NCBI GenBank assembly: GCA_963668545.1
Contig: OY764868.1
Location: 848,550 to 912,549, forward strand
Direction of reading: 5' to 3'
Length of the DNA stretch: 64,000 nt
From: Spirochaetia bacterium
GTDB taxonomy: Bacteria > Spirochaetota > Spirochaetia > CADAEX01
Position numbers and translations under genes: made by a program. Of this stretch, positions 27,921 to 35,726 are shown piece by piece; position 1 is the stretch's first letter; each line of letters opens with the position of its first letter. The notes under the pieces are model-generated. The model did not search any database. It had not been told where the DNA came from and worked only from the letters and a program-made list of their open reading frames with translations.

Positions 27921-28412
27921 TTATTTATTGTCATCTGTATTCTGTGCTTCAAAGTCAAGCAGCAGTCTTTTCATCTCAAGGCCGTGGGCAAATCCTGTAA
28001 GCCTTCCGTCTGATCCAACTATTCTGTGGCAGGGGATAATGATCGGAACCGGGTTTTTTGAAACAGCCATTCCCGCAGCCCTTGCACTTCTTCTGTTCCC
28101 TGTTCTCTCCGCAATTTCCGAGTAACTGGCTGTTTCCCCGAATTTAACAGCTGAAACCTCTTTCCATACTTTTTTCTGATATTCCGACCCTTCAGGATTC
28201 AGTCTGATATTGAAGGCCTTTCTGTTCCCTTCAAAGTATTCTTTTAACTGAAGAGCAGTGTCTCTGAAAAAAATATCATTCCGGATCCAGCTGCTGCAGA
28301 TATCAAAGATCCTTTTCCCTTTTCCTGTATTCAGGTGCAGGTTTTTTAATCCGCTTTCATCTCCTGCGAGTATTATTTCACAGTATTCTGTATCAAATCT
28401 TGTATAGTACAT
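27921..28412 (-). CDS. ogt: Methylated-DNA-protein-cysteine methyltransferase
   Basis: GETASY.EIA, ARAAG, NPVPIIIPCHRIVG, K..LL..E. Confidence 0.95.
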   Translation of the reverse strand: MYYTRFDTEYCEIILAGDESGLKNLHLNTGKGKRIFDICSSWIRNDIFFRDTALQLKEYFEGNRKAFNIRLNPEGSEYQKKVWKEVSAVKFGETASYSEIAERTGNRRSARAAGMAVSKNPVPIIIPCHRIVGSDGRLTGFAHGLEMKRLLLDFEAQNTDDNK

Positions 28413-28503
28413 CTGGGTTCTCTCCCGGAAAACAGCATCTCTTACCTTGATAAAAAGAGGGAAAATCGAATAATCTTCTGGGTGCTGAAAAGGTTAATCA
28501 AAG

Positions 28504-28929
28504 CTACATTTTTGATGTATTGTAACTGACTGTTGTGCCGTCTGCATTTATGAGAACTTCATTATCCTTCTGAACATCAAATGTATCTATTTTCCACTCA
28601 AGGTTTTTTACAGGACCGCCTGTCAGTTTCAGAACAGCCTTCATGTTGTTCTTGTTTTTGAGAAATATTTTGCCTGATATTGTTTTGTACAATCCGTAGT
28701 TATCGACTTTCATGGCAGTTAAATCAGCATTATCAAAAGTTACAAGCTCTTCAGTTATGGTCACTCCCGGAGGAGTCTGCCCGAATGCGGCTGTGAGTGC
28801 AGATACAAAGTAAGCCTGGAATGAAACTCCGAAAGCCTGAACTGCCTCTTCTTCTGACGGTTTTGCAAACAGTACAGCAGGTGAAACAAGCAGTACCAGC
28901 AGTATCAACAGGATAATTTTCTTTTTCAT
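28504..28929 (-). CDS. Secreted hypothetical protein
   Basis: MKKKIILLILLVLLVSPAVLFA signal peptide; GAGG RBS. Confidence 0.7.
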   Translation of the reverse strand: MKKKIILLILLVLLVSPAVLFAKPSEEEAVQAFGVSFQAYFVSALTAAFGQTPPGVTITEELVTFDNADLTAMKVDNYGLYKTISGKIFLKNKNNMKAVLKLTGGPVKNLEWKIDTFDVQKDNEVLINADGTTVSYNTSKM

Positions 28930-29023
28930 AGCTACCTCTTTTTAAAAATACTGGTATAAGTATACTATACAGATGGGAATCAAAAAAACATTTTATCTGT
29001 TTATGAAAGGGAAAATGCAGAAA

Positions 29024-29722
29024 TTATCCCAGGAATCTGTATCCTGTACCGTGAACAGTAACTATATGCTCAGGCTTTGCAGGATTTTTTTCCACTTTCT
29101 GCCTGAGTTTTGCAATATGCTGGTCAAGAGTTCTTGTTGTTCCCGTATATTCAATTCCCCAGAATCTGTCAAGAAGATGATCTCTTGAAAGAACCTCATT
29201 TTCATGTTCAAAAAAATATGAAAGAAGACTGACCTCTTTTTCGGAAAGGTCAAAAATTTCAGAATCCCTTTCAAGTTTGAATTTTACTGTGTTTACCGTG
29301 CAGCTCCCGAAACTGAAAAACTCTTTTTTCCCGGAGGGGGATGAAGCTTCACTTCTGTTTCTGCTTCTTCTCATTACTGTCTTTATTCTGGCAAGCAGTT
29401 CCCTGACGCCGAACGGCTTTACAATATAGTCATCTGCGCCAAGTTCAAGCCCCACTACCTTGTCTATCTCCTCCTCTTTTGCTGTAAGGAATATTATCGG
29501 AAGCAGGTCATCATTTTTCCTGATTTCCCTGCAGACATCATACCCGCTCATTTCAGGCATCATGATATCAAGTATTGCCAAATCTATGTTTTCAGACCTG
29601 TAAATTTCAACAGCCTTCAAGCCGTTTTCTGCAGGAACTGCCTTATACCCCTCTGCCTCAAGAAGATCAATCAGTCCCTCCCTGATAGGTTTCTCATCTT
29701 CAGCTATCAATACTTTAAACAT
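29024..29722 (-). CDS. OmpR/PhoB-family response regulator
   Basis: VLIAEDE, LDIMMP, GADDYIVKPF, TRTLDQHIAKLRQK, TVHGTGY; ATG at 29722 overlaps the HK stop. Confidence 0.93.
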   Translation of the reverse strand: MFKVLIAEDEKPIREGLIDLLEAEGYKAVPAENGLKAVEIYRSENIDLAILDIMMPEMSGYDVCREIRKNDDLLPIIFLTAKEEEIDKVVGLELGADDYIVKPFGVRELLARIKTVMRRSRNRSEASSPSGKKEFFSFGSCTVNTVKFKLERDSEIFDLSEKEVSLLSYFFEHENEVLSRDHLLDRFWGIEYTGTTRTLDQHIAKLRQKVEKNPAKPEHIVTVHGTGYRFLG

Positions 29723-31760
29723 TATTATCATCCCCTGCTGTGATTGTTTCAGATCCATAATTCCTGCCCTTTGCAGGTGCGGGGAAAACAAGGGTGAAAA
29801 CACTTCCCTTTTTATAATCACCATATTCAGAAGGTCTGAAAACCAGTTCTCCGCTGTGCTGCTTCATTATTTTTTTTGCTATTGCAAGTCCCAGTCCTGT
29901 CCCTTTTGAATCCGAGGTAATGCTTGTGTCAATCCTGAAAAAATCCCTGAAAATCTTTTTTCTGAATTTTTTCGGGATACCTTTTCCCCTGTCTTCAACA
30001 CTGACATAGATACTTCCATTGTCCAGTCCGGTTGAAATTTTAATGTATTTTTCGTTTACTGAATATTTTTTAACATTGGAAAAGAGGTTTATAAGCACCT
30101 GGATTACGCCCTCCCTGTCACAGTTTACATAAAGAGGTGATTCGGACAGCACAGTTTCAAATGTAAAACCGCTTTTTTCAAAGTCCTCCCTGAAAGAAGG
30201 TACTATGTTTCTGATTATTTCATTGATATCTTCAGTTTCAGGATTAAACATCTTTGTACCTTTTTCAAGCTTTGCAAAATCAAGGACATTGTTTATCAGG
30301 CGGGTAAGCCTCTGGCTCTCGGATGCTATATATCCTGAATATTTCCTGATTTTTTCGGGATCTTTCTGAAATCCCTCTGCCATCATTTCGGAATACATCC
30401 TGATTGATGTAAGGGGGGTTTTAAGCTCATGCGATACATTTGTGACAAATCCGACCCGTTTCTGGACATTCCTGAGTCTTGATGATGAAAAACTGTAAAC
30501 AGCTGTGATCCCTGTAAATATCAGAAGGGACAGAAAAAAAACAATTACTGACATCAGGTATTTTGAATTTTCAATCTGCTCCTGGACCTCAGCGGGATTT
30601 TTGAGTAGTATAGCTGTCTCCCAGTAGGGGAGGAGCCGGCTTATTTCCTTTGCAACAAAAGGCTTTCTCCATTTTCCGCTGTCAATGCCGCTGAAATTTA
30701 TCAGAGGAGAGCCGCTTCTGTCTGTTATGTTTATATAACGGAAGGAATTCTCAACGCTTCCTGCTGCTTCTGTAAGTCGTCTTCGGAATTCCTCCATATT
30801 TATTTCACAGCCTGTTATCTGTTTTCCCCTTTTTTCCCAGAAAAGAAGTATGAATGTACTGTCAAATGTTCTTGGAATAATCCCATAGTCAGAATCTGAT
30901 GTTATTTCATCAAAGTATTTTGAAGATTCAATATATACAGACCTTATTACTGTCTGCGGAGTTTCTTTACGTTCAGTAAGGCTTATCTGAGGGATAATGT
31001 TCCTGGTAAGGTACTGCTGCCCCTCTTCCTCAGCCTTTGAATATATCCGCTCCTGGACAGCTTCATCTGATTCAAAGATTGTAACAGCTTTTTTTGATTT
31101 TGCTGCAGGAGAGGCTGTCAATGATGATCCGTAATCATCCCCCTCCTTAAAAGACTCTGAATCAGGAAATGCAGCTTCTTCAGGTATTTCTGCAGATTTT
31201 CTCAACTGTGACTGATCCTGTAATATATTATTTCCAATATCTCCTGACAATTCAGCTGTTTCAGGTTCCTCAGTTTCAAGGATATCTGTTTTATACTCCT
31301 CTGCAATATTTTTGTAGACAGGTATGGACTCGCTGTTGGAAAAGAGATTGAGATATCTCCAGTGAAAAAGGTCTGCTTCCTTTTTTTCATTCTCATTGCT
31401 GCTTCTTATGTCCGGATAGACAACAGATCTCTCTTCGGAAAGAAGGTATGTGGTCCCTGCAAGGGGAACTGTTTTTTTCCATTCTGCCAGTTTTTTTTCA
31501 TAATCACTGCTTTCGATATCCGGAACAGATTCATGAAGTTCCTGTATCATGCTCTCTATTGTAAGGTTTAGTATAGTATTTGTCCTGTCAAGTTCAAGAA
31601 GAAGCGTATCTTCGAGCTGTCTTCTCTGTACCATCTCCTCCTGACTGACAGCCCTTATAGCATAGAAGGATAGAATGACGGCAGGGACAAATGCAATAAG
31701 AAGAAATAATATGACTAATAGCTGCTGTCTGATCCTGACCATCATTCTAATTGTATCCAT
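29715..31760 (-). CDS. Sensor histidine kinase (HisKA) with a large, partly acidic extracytoplasmic domain
   Basis: Two TM segments; NVSHELKTPLTSI, NLFSN, DRGKG, GTGLGL. Confidence 0.92.
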   Translation of the reverse strand: MDTIRMMVRIRQQLLVILFLLIAFVPAVILSFYAIRAVSQEEMVQRRQLEDTLLLELDRTNTILNLTIESMIQELHESVPDIESSDYEKKLAEWKKTVPLAGTTYLLSEERSVVYPDIRSSNENEKKEADLFHWRYLNLFSNSESIPVYKNIAEEYKTDILETEEPETAELSGDIGNNILQDQSQLRKSAEIPEEAAFPDSESFKEGDDYGSSLTASPAAKSKKAVTIFESDEAVQERIYSKAEEEGQQYLTRNIIPQISLTERKETPQTVIRSVYIESSKYFDEITSDSDYGIIPRTFDSTFILLFWEKRGKQITGCEINMEEFRRRLTEAAGSVENSFRYINITDRSGSPLINFSGIDSGKWRKPFVAKEISRLLPYWETAILLKNPAEVQEQIENSKYLMSVIVFFLSLLIFTGITAVYSFSSSRLRNVQKRVGFVTNVSHELKTPLTSIRMYSEMMAEGFQKDPEKIRKYSGYIASESQRLTRLINNVLDFAKLEKGTKMFNPETEDINEIIRNIVPSFREDFEKSGFTFETVLSESPLYVNCDREGVIQVLINLFSNVKKYSVNEKYIKISTGLDNGSIYVSVEDRGKGIPKKFRKKIFRDFFRIDTSITSDSKGTGLGLAIAKKIMKQHSGELVFRPSEYGDYKKGSVFTLVFPAPAKGRNYGSETITAGDDNNV

Positions 31761-31769
31761 TATTTCTGA

Positions 31770-32894
31770 TTATTCAAGGATAAAACCTTTCTCCTTCACA
31801 GCATCCCTCAATGTATCAATTATGGCAGTATCAAGTGTGTTTTCCCCTGCTTCCTTTTCTCTCTCATTTCTTACATATTCATCCCGTTCCCTGCTCAGCT
31901 TTGTAATCTCATCCTGAATTGCTTTCCTTTCATTTCCAAGTGTTTCAATGTATTCCCTCTTTCCCCTGTCATCAAGACCTGCAATTTCCGGGGGAAGGTC
32001 TTCTGAATCCATTTCTTCAAGGTTTATTTCCCCTTCAGCATATGCATCCACTATATCCCATGATGAGTTTGAATAGCTTGAAGAGGATTTTACTTTTGCC
32101 CTTTCAAGAAAGCTTCCCATGCTCAGCTCTGATGCATTGCTGTCCTGTACTGCCTGCATTTCCTTTTTCTCTCTTCCCGCTTTTCCGTAACCGAGGTATG
32201 TACTGTTCAGCATCATGTTGAGTTCCTGTATCCTGTCATCCTGCGGTGCCTGGATATATCTTTCTGAATAATCGCTGTTGATATTCATGTAATTACCGTG
32301 TCCCAGACTTGCTCCATGCTCCCAGTATGTGGAAATCCCCTCCCTGTAATCGCCGCAGAAAATAGTGTTTACTGTAATGTCCCTGTCTACAGCTCGTCTG
32401 CATGATAAACTGTAATCCAGAGATCCCTGATTGAAAGGTTCATTTCCCGCAATAAATATCATTTTAAGTGTTGACGGGTTTCTGTCCCAGTCAAGTTTCC
32501 CTGCTGCTTTGCTTATTACTTCTCCGCAGTATTCACTTCCGCCGTTTGTTGTAAGCTGAAAGAGATTGTGGGATATGTAATCAAGGTCTGTTGTGAACGG
32601 GACAACCTGTCTTATATATCCATGCATTACTGAAAGTGAGTCATTTCCGTATTCATAAAGCGCTACTTCGAGAACAGGATTCTTTCCATCCCTTTTTGCT
32701 TTACCTGTTTCAGATACAATCTTCCAGAGCTGCCCTTTTGCCTGGTTGATAAGTCCGTCCATGCTGTTTGAAGTATCAAGAAGCAGCGCTATCTGAATAA
32801 CCGGTCTTTCATTCCAGCTCTGTGCTGAAAGATCCATAGTCTGTACAGCAAAAACAAATACTGCTGTAATTATAATTGAAGCTGTTTTTTTCAT
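31770..32894 (-). CDS. Secreted von Willebrand factor A domain protein with C-terminal coiled coil
   Basis: Signal peptide; MIDAS LLDTSNSM; IAGNEPF; TVNTIFCG. Confidence 0.88.
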   Translation of the reverse strand: MKKTASIIITAVFVFAVQTMDLSAQSWNERPVIQIALLLDTSNSMDGLINQAKGQLWKIVSETGKAKRDGKNPVLEVALYEYGNDSLSVMHGYIRQVVPFTTDLDYISHNLFQLTTNGGSEYCGEVISKAAGKLDWDRNPSTLKMIFIAGNEPFNQGSLDYSLSCRRAVDRDITVNTIFCGDYREGISTYWEHGASLGHGNYMNINSDYSERYIQAPQDDRIQELNMMLNSTYLGYGKAGREKKEMQAVQDSNASELSMGSFLERAKVKSSSSYSNSSWDIVDAYAEGEINLEEMDSEDLPPEIAGLDDRGKREYIETLGNERKAIQDEITKLSRERDEYVRNEREKEAGENTLDTAIIDTLRDAVKEKGFILE

Positions 32895-32925
32895 TTTATT
32901 TCACCTCGTGATTTAAGATGATTCA

Positions 32926-32992
32926 AGTGTATCTCTGCTTATGAAACAAGTTGTCATGGGGATGTAAAATGTTGTAAAAAAGTTGTAAAAAA
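32926..32992 (-). promoter_or_regulatory. Promoter of vWA-HK-RR with four helically phased direct repeats (OmpR/PhoB-type boxes)
   Basis: + strand GTTGTCA(32950), GATGTAA(32961), GTTGTAA(32971), GTTGTAA(32982); candidate -10 TACACT at 32926-32931. Confidence 0.6.
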
Positions 32993-33033
32993 GAAAAAGA
33001 AATCCTGGAATTTGAACCGGGATTATACAGGTC

Positions 33034-34074
33034 CTATAAATATTTAGTCTTGTCTTTGTACATTTTCTTGTCAGCAAGGCTGATAAAATCATCGAGAGAC
33101 AACTCCTGTGAGTACTGGGCAATACCGTAACTGAAGGAGATGGGATTTTTTGTTTTTTTGGAATCAGCTGCAGTCCGGATTTTTTCCATAACCATATGAC
33201 AGTCTGATTCAGGGCAGTCAGGAAAAATGATAATAAATTCATCCCCTCCGTAACGGAAGAGGGTATCCGAATCCCTGATGTTGTCCCTGATAACTTCAGA
33301 TATGGAACGTATCATCTCATCCCCTGCTGCATGTCCCTGCTTATCATTAACCTGTTTTAATCTGTTTATGTCGATAAAAGATATGGTAAGCGGAAGATCT
33401 TTACGGACAGCCAGAGCTATGTCTTTCTTAAGCAGTTCCAGACCTCCCCTGCGGTTGAAGCTGCGGGTAAGAATATCATTGTTTGCATAAAACTCAACTT
33501 CCCTGAGAAGTTCGTAGTTTTCCTTGTAAAGCCTGTACCTTATAAGGGAAACATATGGAAATCCAAGATAGCTCAGAATCACCAGGATCCCGTTATTTGA
33601 GAGGTAGATGTGAAACGGAAACCGGCCGGTAAATAATACGAAAAAAAGATAGGAAACAATAGTCAAGCATGAAATAATAATCCATTTAACAGGTGTTATC
33701 TTGAAAACAGCGGAAACAACGAATCCGTAAATAATAATGAGGCTTGTATCCCGGACAATTTCAGCAGCTCCGTGATTAGTGGCTATCATTACAGCACCTG
33801 CAAATGTTGTTGAAACAGAAAAGACAACTACCACCAGTGAACTTGGTATCAGCTTCAGCCTGAAAAGAAGATAGCACATGTATCCGAGAATAACTGCCCC
33901 TGATCGTATCAAAGTTATAAAGAGGGGATAATCGGAATACAGTATATCTGTAAAGAGAAGAATGGCAGCTATTGTGATGGTTATCAATGCTAGTGATCCG
34001 TTCTGTTTGTCACAGATGCCGTTGTAGTAATTATTCCAGTTCTGATGCGGAACTTTTCTGTTTGCTGTCTTCAT
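33034..34074 (-). CDS. Membrane-bound diguanylate cyclase
   Basis: Several TM helices; DILT..FNR, DINRLKQVND..GH..GD, I-site RDSD, YGGDEF. Confidence 0.92.
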   Translation of the reverse strand: MKTANRKVPHQNWNNYYNGICDKQNGSLALITITIAAILLFTDILYSDYPLFITLIRSGAVILGYMCYLLFRLKLIPSSLVVVVFSVSTTFAGAVMIATNHGAAEIVRDTSLIIIYGFVVSAVFKITPVKWIIISCLTIVSYLFFVLFTGRFPFHIYLSNNGILVILSYLGFPYVSLIRYRLYKENYELLREVEFYANNDILTRSFNRRGGLELLKKDIALAVRKDLPLTISFIDINRLKQVNDKQGHAAGDEMIRSISEVIRDNIRDSDTLFRYGGDEFIIIFPDCPESDCHMVMEKIRTAADSKKTKNPISFSYGIAQYSQELSLDDFISLADKKMYKDKTKYL

Positions 34075-34262
34075 GTCAATAAGTATACAGTAAAACCAGG
34101 ATGTGATAAATATGATTGGTTTTTAAGTTCGGCCAAATTTCAGCAGGCTCTCCCGTTTCCCGGATCAGAAAAAGATCAGATATAAAATTTGCTATTTCAG
34201 CTGCTTTATCCTAAAATTAATGATTAGTTTTAAACGTAATTTCAAAAAACAGGAGTAAAAAA

Positions 34263-34490
34263 ATGGCTGATTGTGAATGCCTTGAAGGCTGTCCTTTCTT
34301 TAATGACAGAATGGAGAGTATGCCGTCATTGTCAAATATCTACAAAAAAAAATACTGTAAAACAGATTCCTCCAGATGTGCCAGATATATGGTTTTTAAA
34401 GCTCTGGGGAAACCTGCAGTTCCTGTTGATCTGTTTCCGAACCAGATAGATATTGCTCAGACACTGATTCAGGAAAAAGTGAAGCTGTAA
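34263..34490 (+). CDS. Small cysteine-rich protein of unknown function
   Basis: AGGAG RBS; CECLEGCPFF...YC-x6-CARY...VPVDLFPN. Confidence 0.75.
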   Translation: MADCECLEGCPFFNDRMESMPSLSNIYKKKYCKTDSSRCARYMVFKALGKPAVPVDLFPNQIDIAQTLIQEKVKL

Positions 34491-34552
34491 AGATCTTCCG
34501 GATTATTATTCCCTGACTACTCAAGATTCAACTCTTTAATATTCAAAGGTAT

Positions 34553-34589
34553 AAAAAAAGCTGTAAAACTTGTTAGTCTTTACAGCTTT
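34553..34589. terminator. Bidirectional terminator (tRNA-Gly / small ORF)
   Basis: AAAGCTGTAAA...TTTACAGCTTT flanked by A/T runs. Confidence 0.7.
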
Positions 34590-34593
34590 CAAG

Positions 34594-34665
<72 letters not shown>

Positions 34666-34814
34666 TTGTTTATGCAGGCTGTTTAATGCCTGTTAAATGA
34701 TGATATATATATAAAAAAAAACAGAATAAATGTCAAGTAATTAACTTGAAATAAAATATGCAATAATGTAGATTTCATGCATCAAAATACCTCTATGAGG
34801 GACGGGAGTATAGT

Positions 34815-35045
34815 ATGGGAATTAGAGGTGAGGTTTTTTCATCCAGGGTGCAGACAGAACAGAGAACCTATTTTTTTAATGTAAAAGAGAACAGGAGAGG
34901 CGATCTTTTCATGAATATTGTTGAAAGCAAGAAACACGGGGAAGCCGGTTTTGAAAGACATTCTGTTCTTGTTTTTGAAGAGGATATTGAAAACTTTATG
35001 GAGCAGCTTCAAAAAGCTGTAAATTACATGAAGAAGAAACCCTGA
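34815..35045 (+). CDS. bpuR: PUR-domain nucleic-acid-binding protein (Borrelia BpuR-like, DUF3276)
   Basis: MG.RGEV.S...RTYFFNVKENR.GD.F.NIVESK...FERHS; lies next to rnhB and smc; TTGAAA-17-TAGATT promoter at 34746-34774. Confidence 0.88.
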   Translation: MGIRGEVFSSRVQTEQRTYFFNVKENRRGDLFMNIVESKKHGEAGFERHSVLVFEEDIENFMEQLQKAVNYMKKKP

Positions 35046-35580
35046 AGCTTTTTCTGTGAATAGGGGATAATCCGAGATTTTCCACAAGACTTCTGTGAAG
35101 TTTTGTGGGATAACCTTTATGCTTTTCAAAACTGTATTCAGTTTCAATCCATGAATATCTTGTCATCCATAAATCCCTGACAGTTTTTGCCAGAATAGAG
35201 GCAGCCATAATCTGGTGTATCTTTGAATCCCCCTTTACGACAGCTTCCCTTCTGCAGTCAATATCAGGTGTAAAAAGTCCGTCAATATAGGTTATCTCCG
35301 GGGTAATGCCCAGTTCCTCATAAGCCCTTTTCATTGCCAGAAGGGTTGCATTGTGAATATTCAACCGGTCTATCTCTCCCGGCCATCCCCATCCGATACC
35401 GTATGCAGAAGATTTGTCAATTATTATTCTGCAGGCGGAGATCCTTTTCTTTTCTGAAAGCTTTTTCGAGTCGTTTAGTATTTCAACAGGGAAATCCTCC
35501 GGCAGAACAACAGCTGCTGCTGTTACAGGACCTGCAAGGGGGCCTCTTCCTGCCTCGTCAATTCCGCATATACAGCTCAT
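34996..35580 (-). CDS. rnhB: Ribonuclease HII
   Basis: GIDEAGRGPLAGPV, DSKKL, IDG, KGD, AASILAK..RD, HKGYPT..H, HRKSF. Confidence 0.96.
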   Translation of the reverse strand: MSCICGIDEAGRGPLAGPVTAAAVVLPEDFPVEILNDSKKLSEKKRISACRIIIDKSSAYGIGWGWPGEIDRLNIHNATLLAMKRAYEELGITPEITYIDGLFTPDIDCRREAVVKGDSKIHQIMAASILAKTVRDLWMTRYSWIETEYSFEKHKGYPTKLHRSLVENLGLSPIHRKSFRVSSSCNLQLFEAAP

Positions 35581-35726
35581 ATCTACAATATATATCTCCA
35601 TGGACTGTCAGGTCAATTAAAGAGCTTGACCATAATCATTTCATGGTGTTAGATGTAATTTAACACATAAGGAAGATCAATATATTCTACAGATATTTCC
35701 AAATCTTATATTATCAGGTGAAGTGA

